Below, in pieces: positions 19,933 through 28,234 of a stretch of DNA of 64,000 bases. A model generated the notes under the pieces. That model was not told the DNA's origin and did no database searches. It saw only the letters and a list, made by a program, of their open reading frames with translations. Location of the stretch: the NCBI GenBank assembly GCA_963817955.1, contig CAWFQK010000003.1, positions 210,200 to 274,199 of the forward strand, given 5' to 3'. This DNA is from an uncultured Gemmatimonadaceae bacterium (lineage in GTDB: Bacteria; Gemmatimonadota; Gemmatimonadetes; Gemmatimonadales; Gemmatimonadaceae). Position numbers and translations under genes: made by a program. Numbering within the stretch: position 1 is the stretch's first letter; every line of letters begins with the position of its first letter.

Positions 19933-20832
19933 ATGCCGATCCTCGCGGCGGTTATCGTCGTCGCTGCTGCATTGATATGGCGCGCGTCTTTCCTTCGGCG
20001 AAGAACGGCGCAGACCCTGCGTCACCGCCGGCTGGGGCCAGACGGCGTTGTGATTGGCGGCGAAGGCTTCGTACTCAATTGCGCCGGCGCGCCGGCAATT
20101 CTGCTGCTACACGGCGGCGGCGACACGCCGCAGACACTACGCTACCTCGCCGACGAATTGCACGCGCGCGGGTTTCACGTCGTCGCGCCGCTACTCCCAG
20201 GTCATGGCCGCAGCGTACGTGATTTCGCGCGCGTGACCGCGGACGATCTGACCCGCGCCGCATTCGCGAACTATGAGGAGTTGAAAAACGCCCACCCGTG
20301 GGTAGGCGTGATCGGGCTCTCTATGGGCGGGGCACTGGCCGTGCAGATTGCCGCGGCCGACCCAGGGCTACCCGTGCTTGGGCTCCTCGCACCGTACCTG
20401 GCCATGCCTCCGCGCATCGCGCGAGCCGCGCGGTTGTCCCGCGTCTGGGGATTGTTCGTCCCGATCGTTCACTCCGGAGATAGTGCTTCGGTGCGCGATC
20501 CCGTGGAGGCACGTCGTGGCCTGGCGTATGGTGTCTTCACCGCAGCAGGGCTGCGGGCACTGTATGTCACCATGCGGCGGGCCGTCGATGTTCTGCCTCG
20601 GGTGGCCGCGCCGACACTGATGATTCAGTCACGCGAGGATAACCGGATTGCGGCAATCGACGCCCAACGTGCCTTCGATCGGCTCGGCGCGACGGAGAAG
20701 CGGCTCGAGTGGACCACCGGCGCGGGCCACGTGATTACTGTCGACTACGGACGTGAACACGTGATCGCGTCAATGGCGGCGTGGATGCAGGCGCACCTGC
20801 CGGCGCGCGGATCCGGTGCGAGCCGGGACTAG
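19933..20832 (+). CDS. Alpha/beta hydrolase (carboxylesterase/monoacylglycerol lipase-like) with N-terminal anchor
   Basis: LLLHG, LPGHG, GLSMGG nucleophile elbow, catalytic D and GH. Confidence 0.88.
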   Translation: MPILAAVIVVAAALIWRASFLRRRTAQTLRHRRLGPDGVVIGGEGFVLNCAGAPAILLLHGGGDTPQTLRYLADELHARGFHVVAPLLPGHGRSVRDFARVTADDLTRAAFANYEELKNAHPWVGVIGLSMGGALAVQIAAADPGLPVLGLLAPYLAMPPRIARAARLSRVWGLFVPIVHSGDSASVRDPVEARRGLAYGVFTAAGLRALYVTMRRAVDVLPRVAAPTLMIQSREDNRIAAIDAQRAFDRLGATEKRLEWTTGAGHVITVDYGREHVIASMAAWMQAHLPARGSGASRD

Positions 20833-20916
20833 TTCACGACTAACAGACTGTCGAACTACGAGTGAATCGCCAGCAATCGGTTACGCGGCTGCGAAGATCG
20901 TGATCTGAGCGAAACC

Positions 20917-20963
20917 TGTCATCCTGAGCCACTGGATGTCATCCTGAGCGGAGCGAAGGATCT
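20917..20963 (+). repeat. REP-like palindromic repeat (TGTCATCCTGAGC...GCGAAGGATCT), two tandem heads
   Basis: TGTCATCCTGAGC at 20917 and 20937; the second extends to GGAGCGAAGGATCT and forms an ATCCT/AGGAT hairpin. Confidence 0.65.
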
Positions 20964-20969
20964 CCGTGA

Positions 20970-21312
20970 ACGGCGCAACAACTCTTAACGCAGAGGACGC
21001 AGAGAACTGCAAGAGAACTGCAGAGGACTGTGAAGGATTGTCTCGCAGGGAAGTCTTGGCTGATGCCGTCGTGACGCCCCGATGGTATCGCCCAGGTCGG
21101 GATCATCACCGATATAAGCGGAATGATTGTGGACTCGGCAATCACGGTTCATTCCACCGATACGAGCTTCCCTCTTCTGTACGCTTACAGTTCTCTTTTA
21201 CAGTTCCCTTTTCCAGTTTCTCTTTTGCAGTTCTCTTTTGCAGTCCTCTGCAGTTCTCCTTGCAGTTCTCTGCGTCCTCTGCGTCCTCTGCGTTAAAAGG
21301 CTGTTGCGCCGT
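20970..21312. mobile_element. MITE-like element: long imperfect inverted repeats built of CGCAGAG(G/A)/CTGCA units around a GxxExxY gene remnant
   Basis: ACGGCGCAACA..TTAACGCAGAGGACGCAGAGAACTGCAAGAGAACTGCAGAGGACTG (20970-21030) is mirrored at 21241-21312; extra degenerate CAGTTCTC copies at 21188-21240. Confidence 0.6.
21063..21158 (+). pseudogene. GxxExxY protein N-terminal remnant
   Basis: Frame reads MPS*RPDGIAQVGIITDISGMIVDSAITVHST. ISG.IVD.AI.VH resembles the GxxExxY N-terminus. There is a nonsense codon at position 4 and the GxxExxY motif itself is missing. Confidence 0.5.
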
Positions 21313-21386
21313 CTGCGCTAAAGAACGCCGCCCGACCCTCGAACTGATCTGACTCCTGTCCAGCACTATTTCAACAGTCTGCCAAC

Positions 21387-21416
21387 AGAAAACGGCCGGC
21401 AACAGCCGGCCGTTCT
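21387..21416 (-). terminator. Terminator of the histone-like gene
   Basis: AACGGCCGGC-AACA-GCCGGCCGTT hairpin with T tract on the minus strand. Confidence 0.7.
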
Positions 21417-21449
21417 CCATTCGCTCTATTCGCCCGACGCTATGCGTCG

Positions 21450-21857
21450 TCAGCTCGTGACGCGATCGACGATCGATTCGCCGAAGTCCTTGAGCGTTTC
21501 CACTCCTTCCGTTACCGCGGTCGTTGCCTGCTGTGCTACTTCGCGCGCGACACGCGAGACGCGCGTCAACGGATTATTCGACTGACGTGGTGCAGCCTTC
21601 TTGACGGGACTCTTCTTCGCGACGGTCTTTTTCGCGCTGCTCTTCTTGACCGCGCTCTTCTTCACGGCGCTCTTCTTCACCACGTTCTTCCTGGCGCTGC
21701 TCTTCTTCAATGCCGGGCCGCGCGAGCGAGCCACACTCTTCTTCTTCGCCGTTGGACGCTTGGCGCTCGAAGAACTGCCACGTGACTTCGCAACGCTGCG
21801 TTTCGGTGCAGCTTTGCCTCCAGACTTCCCGCGAGATGTCTTGGCGCGTGTTGCCAT
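21450..21857 (-). CDS. Histone H1-like Lys/Ala/Ser-rich basic protein
   Basis: KKSAV/KKSSA/KKTVA pentapeptide repeats plus an amphipathic C-terminal helix; RBS GAGGA. Confidence 0.75.
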   Translation of the reverse strand: MATRAKTSRGKSGGKAAPKRSVAKSRGSSSSAKRPTAKKKSVARSRGPALKKSSARKNVVKKSAVKKSAVKKSSAKKTVAKKSPVKKAAPRQSNNPLTRVSRVAREVAQQATTAVTEGVETLKDFGESIVDRVTS

Positions 21858-22033
21858 GTTCTTTCCTCGGAGTCGGTGGTGAACGTCAGCCTTGAGGATA
21901 GCAAGAAGTGGACACAGCGGTAAGAGCGGGATGTTGCCGCGCGACGAACCGGCGCATACAATCCACCTTCTTCACGTCCCACCTGCGTCACCTCGCCCGG
22001 CGCCTCCCCCCCTCCCGCCCCCCCTTCCGGCCC

Positions 22034-23026
22034 ATGTCTCCTCTCGTCATCCCACAACTCGCGTCGGGCGACCGCGTGACCGGTGAGTTGCTGGTGTATG
22101 ACCGCGCCGAGAAGAAGACGAGCGCCGGCGATCCGTACGTCGTGCTCACGCTGGGCAATTCCAGCGGGCGTATCGACACGGCCCCCATCTGGTCGGACAA
22201 GCTGGAATGGGCTGACGGCGCGCGCTCGGGCAAAGTGATTCAGGCGATCGGGGACATTACGATCTACGCCAAGGGCGGCCCGGGAAAGAAGCAGCTGCTC
22301 CTCACCGCTCCCGTGCGGATTCTCCCCGACGAGAGCTTCCGGGCAGAAATGTTTTTGCCCTCCATCGATGGCGACTGCACCAAGCTCTGGGCCTGGATCG
22401 ATCGTGTGCGGGGCGAGGTCGAATCCAGAACGCTCGGACGCGTGCTGGACGTGTTCTTTGGCGACGACGATTTTCGCGTACGCTTCGAGCGCACTCCCGC
22501 ATCAACCGCTGGACATCACGCGAAACTCGGGGGGCTGCTGCTTCATGTCTATGAGGTGACGAGCATCGCCCGGCAGACGGCGCGCACCATGCGCGCCAAC
22601 ATCGATCTGGTGATCACCGGCGCGCTCCTCCACGATGTCGGTAAGGTCGAATCCTACGAGGTAGGGCCCGGCGGGTTCACGTTTACCTCGTGCGGGTTGT
22701 TGGTCGGGCATGTCGTGCTTGGTGCGCTGATGCTCGAGCGGCGGCTCGCGGCGCTCGGAGCGCCGTTGTGCACCGACGCGCAGTTGACCGAACTGCATCA
22801 CATGATTCTTTCGCATCACGGGTCGCTGGAGTATGGCAGCCCCATACAGCCGATGACCACGGAAGCCGAAATCGTTCATTGGGCCGACGAAGCCTCGGCC
22901 AAGGCAGCCGACATGACCGAGATGCTCAGTGATCCGGAGTTGTTCGGCGCTGGACGAGAGTACTCCGATCGCTCGCACTGGCGATTGGGCCGGCGGATCT
23001 GGCGTCGACCGCACTCCTGGGACTGA
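22034..23026 (+). CDS. yhaM: 3'-5' exoribonuclease YhaM/Cbf1 family (OB fold plus HD domain)
   Basis: N-terminal OB fold; HHAKLGGLLLH, LLHDVGK, GHV, ILSHHG.LEYGSP, EAEIVH.AD. Confidence 0.85.
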   Translation: MSPLVIPQLASGDRVTGELLVYDRAEKKTSAGDPYVVLTLGNSSGRIDTAPIWSDKLEWADGARSGKVIQAIGDITIYAKGGPGKKQLLLTAPVRILPDESFRAEMFLPSIDGDCTKLWAWIDRVRGEVESRTLGRVLDVFFGDDDFRVRFERTPASTAGHHAKLGGLLLHVYEVTSIARQTARTMRANIDLVITGALLHDVGKVESYEVGPGGFTFTSCGLLVGHVVLGALMLERRLAALGAPLCTDAQLTELHHMILSHHGSLEYGSPIQPMTTEAEIVHWADEASAKAADMTEMLSDPELFGAGREYSDRSHWRLGRRIWRRPHSWD

Positions 23027-23256
23027 CGGGTCGCGGTTGCGGCCGGCCTCTGCAACGTCCAATCAAGGGAACCATTGATTGCCCTGGACGTATATACAGA
23101 TGTACCGATGCGCGCGCCAAAGCGGGCTCGGCTACCTCAAGGCCTCCAGGTGACAAAAGCATACCCTGGATAGTCTTAGAGCATTAGAGGGTTAGTCGTG
23201 TATAAGGCGGTCCGGCGCCGTCAAACCGGGGCTGTTTTGTTGTTGAGGAGGTACAA

Positions 23257-23469
23257 ATGCGCAAGCCACGTCCGGCTACGTACAACCCAGCGCAAGCACT
23301 GAATCTGATCGCGAACGACAGAACGGGTTCGGCGCTGCGCTGCCCGTCGTGCTCTTCTGGTTCGATCGAGCGCATCCCCGACGAAGTTCCACCGCCGCCA
23401 CGATCCCACGTCACGCTCCGCTGCAGTGAATGCGGCCGTGTCGCCCGATACATCGCGGGCGCCGCCTGA
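23257..23469 (+). CDS. Small zinc-ribbon protein (CxxC...CxxC)
   Basis: 70 aa, CPSC and CSEC pairs, RBS GAGGAGG. Confidence 0.65.
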   Translation: MRKPRPATYNPAQALNLIANDRTGSALRCPSCSSGSIERIPDEVPPPPRSHVTLRCSECGRVARYIAGAA

Positions 23470-23683
23470 GCGACTGGTTCTCCCACAAGTTTCTGGTACC
23501 GCCGACGGGACTCTCAATCCCCCGGCTGGGCCGCGAGTTGCACAGAACTTGCTCGACGACCAGATAAGCGAACTCGCCGATTCTCTACGGGTTCGCGATG
23601 CGGAGGTAGGATCACGCCTCAGAGCCGCAACATGCTCTCCGGCGCGGGATCAGGATCACAGCTTCTTGCAAGAGGTACGATCA

Positions 23684-23890
23684 ATGGCTCGTCTTACCGG
23701 CACCGTGAAGTGGTTCAACGACGCCAAGGGCTACGGTTTCATCTCCCGTGAGGGCGGCCCTGATGTGTTCGTTCACTTCAGCGCCATCCAGGGAAATGGC
23801 TTCAAATCCCTGGCTGAGGGCGATCAGGTGGAATTCGAGATCGTGCAAGGCCAGAAGGGACCGCAGGCAGCAGACGTCACCAAGCCGTGA
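23684..23890 (+). CDS. Cold-shock protein (CspA family)
   Basis: [24 protein letters not shown]. Confidence 0.97.
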   Translation: MARLTGTVKWFNDAKGYGFISREGGPDVFVHFSAIQGNGFKSLAEGDQVEFEIVQGQKGPQAADVTKP

Positions 23891-24957
23891 TCCCGCGCGA
23901 ATGGGCAGGAGTAGCGCCCCGGCATTCGCCGGGGCGTTTTCACACAAGCGAACCCGTAAAACCTCCTCGCCGCCGCACACCGACGCCGTCATCCACCGGG
24001 GCCATCGTCCGACAGCTCGAGGACATCGAGCGCGACACGGGCAATGGCACCCTGGAATTCGCGCCGGGCCGAATGCTGCACGTGTCCAGTCTGGACAAGC
24101 CGTACTTCCCGCTCGACGGGATCACAAAGGGCGACGTCATGCGTTACTACGCCACTGTCGCCCCCGCGTTGTTGCCGGTCATCAAGGACCGTCCGCTCGT
24201 ACTCAAGCGGTATCCCGATGGCATCGAGGGCCCATCGTTCTTTCAGCAGAATGCCGGCGAGCATGTGCCGAAAGGCGTGCGCGTGGAGCGCATCACGACG
24301 GGGGGAGGGCGTGGAACGGTCGTCGACAGAATCGTCGGCGGCGATCTACTCACGCTGCTGTACACGGTTCAGATAGGCACGATTGCGGTGCACACGTGGC
24401 AGGCGCGCATCCAAAGCCATCGGTACGCCGATACCACGACGATCGATCTCGATCCGGGCGACGACGTGAGCTTTCGCGAGGTTGTTGAGCTCGCAAAGAA
24501 CGTCAAGGTCGAGCTTGACAAGGCAGAGCTGAAAGGCGGAATCAAGACATCGGGGTCCAGTGGCATTCACATCGTACTCCCGCTTCCGCCGGAAACCACG
24601 TTCGACGAGGCGGCGCGTGTCGCTCAGGTGATTGCCGAACGCGTAGTGGAAGCGCACCCCGAACGCGCGACGCTCGAGCGGAGTATCAAGTCTCGTCCAG
24701 CGGAAACGATCTATGTCGACGCCTTGCAGAACGCGGAAGGAAAAAGCGTGGTCGCGGCCTACTCTGTGCGGGAACGACCAGGGGCGACGGTCTCGGCGCC
24801 ATTGGATTGGCGAGCCCTCCGGAGCACACTCCGTCTCGACTCGTTCACGATCGAGACGATGCCGGCCCGGCTGAGAAGAACCGGAGATATTTGGGGCGCC
24901 GCGATGTCGCGCCGCAACACGAAACGCCTGATCGACCGCGTCCTGCGCGATACCTGA
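23887..24957 (+). CDS. Stand-alone LigD polymerase/primase domain (NHEJ PolDom); start uncertain
   Basis: [48 protein letters not shown]...ATVSAPL.W. Confidence 0.88.
   Translation: MIPREWAGVAPRHSPGRFHTSEPVKPPRRRTPTPSSTGAIVRQLEDIERDTGNGTLEFAPGRMLHVSSLDKPYFPLDGITKGDVMRYYATVAPALLPVIKDRPLVLKRYPDGIEGPSFFQQNAGEHVPKGVRVERITTGGGRGTVVDRIVGGDLLTLLYTVQIGTIAVHTWQARIQSHRYADTTTIDLDPGDDVSFREVVELAKNVKVELDKAELKGGIKTSGSSGIHIVLPLPPETTFDEAARVAQVIAERVVEAHPERATLERSIKSRPAETIYVDALQNAEGKSVVAAYSVRERPGATVSAPLDWRALRSTLRLDSFTIETMPARLRRTGDIWGAAMSRRNTKRLIDRVLRDT
23914..23940 (+). terminator. Terminator-like hairpin after csp, inside the 5' end of the ligD ORF
   Basis: GCGCCCCGGC-ATTC-GCCGGGGCG-TTTT. Confidence 0.65.
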
Positions 24958-24976
24958 GCTGGAGAGGAGACTGGTG

Positions 24977-25270
24977 ATGGACCCAGAGATGATGAGCGAA
25001 GATGTCGCGCCAGTCTATCGGCGTGAGTTGCCCGGCGGCGGATATGTCGCGATCGATGTCCGTCGCGAACGCGAAGTGCCGCGGACGTGCGTGTCGGTGG
25101 AACGTCGTGCGAAGCACGACCGCCGCCCCGGACACAAGCCGGTCGTGATCGCCGAAGCAGAGGGCGACGATCGCTCGCCGGCATTTCAGGATCTCTACCG
25201 GCTGGCGGCCGACAACGCGGCCATCGCACGCGCGATCCTCGTGATCGAGGGCCCGCAGCGCGCGGACTGA
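24977..25270 (+). CDS. Hypothetical protein
   Basis: Strong RBS (GGAGAGGAG); 97-aa ORF with YRRELPGGGYV. Confidence 0.6.
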   Translation: MDPEMMSEDVAPVYRRELPGGGYVAIDVRREREVPRTCVSVERRAKHDRRPGHKPVVIAEAEGDDRSPAFQDLYRLAADNAAIARAILVIEGPQRAD

Positions 25271-25272
25271 GG

Positions 25273-25971
25273 TCAGCCGAGTAGGTCGAAGCGGATCCCG
25301 TGTCGGGGCCGCCGCCGACGCGGCGGCGCGTAGCGGAACAACTGTGCAGGCCGTCCTCGGCCCTCGCTACGCCATTCGTCCGTGGCCTCGACGAGTGCCG
25401 AGGCATGCAACGAGCGTCGGAAGCTGGCCTTATGTAAGCGCCGCCCGAGCAACAATTCGTAGACGCTTTGCAGCTCGCTGAGGGTGAAGGACGGCGGCAC
25501 GAGCTTGAACGCAATCGGTTGCTGATCCACGCGGTTACGCATCGCGGTCAACGCGCTGTCGATGGCCGCGCGATGTCGCGTCGCAAGGTTGTCGGCCGCC
25601 GACATGGCGACCCACTCACCTGCATGCCGCGACACATCACCTCTCTCGGAAACGAGCCCGAAATAGATGATGCTGATCTCGGCGCCATCGGGCTGGCGTC
25701 GCGCGCCGCCAATGGCGGCCGCCTGTTCCAGGAGCGACGGAACGTCACCCCACGCCTCAGATGCCACACGCAACGCGGCGTCGTTCAGCGACTCGTCGCC
25801 ACGCAGCGTGCCGGACGGCAGCGACCATCCGTCTTGCGCACGGCCGCGCCCAGTAGGCGGCGACAACAGAATGGCCAGTTCGCTCCCCTGAGGCGTGAAG
25901 AGCACCACGTCAATGGCGAGCGTCAAGCGGCGAGTGGCGGCTCCGCGTGGGGAATTCGACCGTGCAGGCAT
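25273..25971 (-). CDS. nrtR: NrtR-family Nudix-wHTH transcriptional regulator
   Basis: Degenerate Nudix box, then FTLSELQSVYE..LGRRLHKASFRR...GRPAQLFRY. Confidence 0.85.
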   Translation of the reverse strand: MPARSNSPRGAATRRLTLAIDVVLFTPQGSELAILLSPPTGRGRAQDGWSLPSGTLRGDESLNDAALRVASEAWGDVPSLLEQAAAIGGARRQPDGAEISIIYFGLVSERGDVSRHAGEWVAMSAADNLATRHRAAIDSALTAMRNRVDQQPIAFKLVPPSFTLSELQSVYELLLGRRLHKASFRRSLHASALVEATDEWRSEGRGRPAQLFRYAPPRRRRPRHGIRFDLLG

Positions 25972-25980
25972 CGCACGCGA

Positions 25981-26008
25981 ATTAGTAGCAACTTGCTAAT
26001 AAAGTCAA
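25981..26008 (-). promoter_or_regulatory. Candidate nrtR promoter/operator
   Basis: Minus-strand TTGACT at 26008-26003; palindrome TAGCAA-C-TTGCTA (25986-25998) within ATTAG...CTAAT. Confidence 0.45.
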
Positions 26009-26030
26009 GTCCGCGTACGTACCGGCTTCT

Positions 26031-27890
26031 CTACGGACGCGCGCGCGGCGCGGCGGGCCGGTCGAAGCCGGTGCCGAACGGCAACAGGGGGGGAATACTG
26101 ATGGGGAGACGTCCAGTAATCGGCGCCGTGCCAACCAGGGCACGGCCCGCAGCGGCCTGCGACACCGGAAAGCCTCCCCACGCCACCAGGTAGCTCGAGA
26201 CTCCTGGCACCTGTTGCAGAAGATACGGGTTCCCGAACGCTACGAGAACCGTGCGCGCATGACGTTGTGCCAGATCACGGATGAATTGTGCGATCGCTTC
26301 CGGCGCACTCACGTTGGAGACGGTCGTGCCGGTCGTCAGGTACGATCCTACGACGGCGACGTCGACTGAATCGGCTGCGGCGAGCAAACGGACGAAGTTG
26401 GGCGATGGATCGTCCGGGTTGATCAACTCCGTGCGCAGGCCCGGAATGACGCGCCGTAACTCGCCATTGAATGTTGCGCCCGCTGGGAGATCGGTGCGGC
26501 TGGCGATCGTGATGGACAGCACCCGCGGCGCTGGCATGCCAGGGCGAACGAGCGGTACGACGCTCAACGAGTCCTTGGCGAGCGTGATCGACCGCTGCGC
26601 CGCCGTGGCGGCGATCGTCAGGTGACTGGTGTCGGCGACTGTGATGCGCACGCTGTCCAGGCTGACGACGCGCTGGCGATCGAGGGCGAGCCGTTGTTTC
26701 GTCTCGAGCACGCGCCGCACTGATGAATCGACGCGCGCCTGGGTAAATCGGCCTTCGCCCACGCCAGCGACCACCGCGTCGATGGCCGCCGGGACGTCGC
26801 TCGGCATCAACAGGATGTCTGCGCCCGCGACGATGGCCATTTTGCACGCCTCGGCTATTCCGATGCTGTTCCGAAGGACGCCGTAGTTACCGGCAACCGT
26901 CTGCGCCTGCACAGCCGGAGCGGCGCTGATGCGCGACAGCACGCCGTTCATGTCCATCGCGTCGGTGATCACCATGCCCTTGAATCCGAGCTGTTGACGC
27001 AGCAAACCGGTCATGATCGTTGGCGACAGCGTCGCGGGCACCGGCGTCGTGTCGAGCGCCGGGACCATGCCATGGAACGTCATTATCCCTTGCACGCCCG
27101 CGGCAATGGCGCGGCGGAACGGCACCAACTCCACACTGTCCAGCCGGGCGCGGCTGGCGTGAATCGTCGGCACGGTGAGGTGGGAATTCTCGTCCGTGTC
27201 GCCATGGCCGGGGAAGTGCTTCCCCGTCGCCATCATCCCGTGCTCCTGCAAGCCGTGGATGAGCGCTGTGCCCATGTCGCCGACGAGCTGCGGGTCTTCT
27301 CCAAATGAACGAACGCCGATGACCGGATTCGCTGGATTGTTGTTGACATCGAGCACCGGGGCGAATGCGATGTGCACGCCCATCGCGCGTCCCTCGAGTG
27401 CGGTAATTCGACCCTGCTCGTACGCCAGCGACGTGTCGCGCGTCGCGCCGAGCCCCATCTGTGGCGGGAACATCGTCGCGCCGCCCAGATAGATGTTGTT
27501 CGGCAGAAAGTAGCCGCCGCGCTGGCGAAATGCCGCACCCGTCTCGTAGTCGGCGCCAATGACCAGCGGCAGCGCGCTGAGTCGCTGCATGGCATTCAAC
27601 TTCTCGGCGGTCTCGATCGGCGAGCCGATGGACATGATGAAACCGCCAACATGCTGCCGCGTGACCAACTCATCGATGCGCGTCCAACTGGCGCTCGATG
27701 TCGACGTGAAGTCACCGAATAATTGCGGCCACACGAGTTGCGCTGCCTTGTCGCGAGGCGACAGGGTGGCCATGACGGAGTCGACCCACCGCGAGTGTGC
27801 GGTGGAGAGCGGCGATGGGCGAGAGGAGTTGGACGCCGGTGCGCACGCGAGCGCGGCCATTGCCAGCATTGCCCATCGCGCTCTCACCAT
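26031..27890 (-). CDS. GH3 beta-N-acetylglucosaminidase (NagZ-like) lipoprotein
   Basis: Lipobox ALAC, APVLDVN, RSFGEDP, KHFPGHGDTDENSH, ITDAMDM. Confidence 0.9.
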   Translation of the reverse strand: MVRARWAMLAMAALACAPASNSSRPSPLSTAHSRWVDSVMATLSPRDKAAQLVWPQLFGDFTSTSSASWTRIDELVTRQHVGGFIMSIGSPIETAEKLNAMQRLSALPLVIGADYETGAAFRQRGGYFLPNNIYLGGATMFPPQMGLGATRDTSLAYEQGRITALEGRAMGVHIAFAPVLDVNNNPANPVIGVRSFGEDPQLVGDMGTALIHGLQEHGMMATGKHFPGHGDTDENSHLTVPTIHASRARLDSVELVPFRRAIAAGVQGIMTFHGMVPALDTTPVPATLSPTIMTGLLRQQLGFKGMVITDAMDMNGVLSRISAAPAVQAQTVAGNYGVLRNSIGIAEACKMAIVAGADILLMPSDVPAAIDAVVAGVGEGRFTQARVDSSVRRVLETKQRLALDRQRVVSLDSVRITVADTSHLTIAATAAQRSITLAKDSLSVVPLVRPGMPAPRVLSITIASRTDLPAGATFNGELRRVIPGLRTELINPDDPSPNFVRLLAAADSVDVAVVGSYLTTGTTVSNVSAPEAIAQFIRDLAQRHARTVLVAFGNPYLLQQVPGVSSYLVAWGGFPVSQAAAGRALVGTAPITGRLPISIPPLLPFGTGFDRPAAPRARP

Positions 27891-28162
27891 TCGATCGTCC
27901 CCTTCTTCGTCGTATCGACGTCTTCTTCGCTGCCCGTCTTGAACAGGAACGCCTCCATATTCTGCTTGAGAAAGGCGCGTGCCTGCGGGTCCATGACGTT
28001 CAGCCCATAGTGGTTGATGAGCATGGTCTGCTGTCGAAGCCACAGGCCCCAACAATCCTGGCAGATATTCTCGGCCACGCGTTGGCCGATGGCGCCGGGA
28101 AAGGGCATTCGGTCAAACCCAAGCTTTGTTTGGCCGCAGCGGGAGCAGGTGATGTCGGTCAT
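27884..28162 (-). CDS. yggX: Fe(II)-trafficking/oxidative damage protection protein
   Basis: PFPGAIGQR...CW..WL.QQTMLIN.YGL...AR.FL...M..FLF. Confidence 0.88.
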   Translation of the reverse strand: MTDITCSRCGQTKLGFDRMPFPGAIGQRVAENICQDCWGLWLRQQTMLINHYGLNVMDPQARAFLKQNMEAFLFKTGSEEDVDTTKKGTIEW

Positions 28163-28191
28163 TGGGATCCTCAGGTGTCCCGAAATTTAGT

Positions 28192-28223
28192 GACACGGGA
28201 CACGGGACACGGGACACGGGACA
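28192..28223 (+). repeat. Heptamer tandem repeat (GACACGG)x4.5
   Basis: Read directly; an inverted copy GTGTCCCG lies at 28175-28182. Confidence 0.85.
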
Positions 28224-28234
28224 AGCGCGGCGAC

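Noticed and set aside
20917..21312. Possible CRISPR array
   Set aside because: Units are 9-13 nt, tandem or inverted, with no unique ~30-nt spacers and no cas genes.
20939..21420. ORFs 20966-21352, 20939-21145, 21127-21321, 21142-21420
   Set aside because: Translations of the repeat arms (NAEDAE, LCVLCV); no evidence they are genes.
23084..23099. E. coli-type SOS box CTGGACGTATATACAG upstream of the zinc-ribbon/csp/ligD genes
   Set aside because: Single imperfect match, and the LexA motif of this lineage is not known to me to be CTGT-N8-ACAG.
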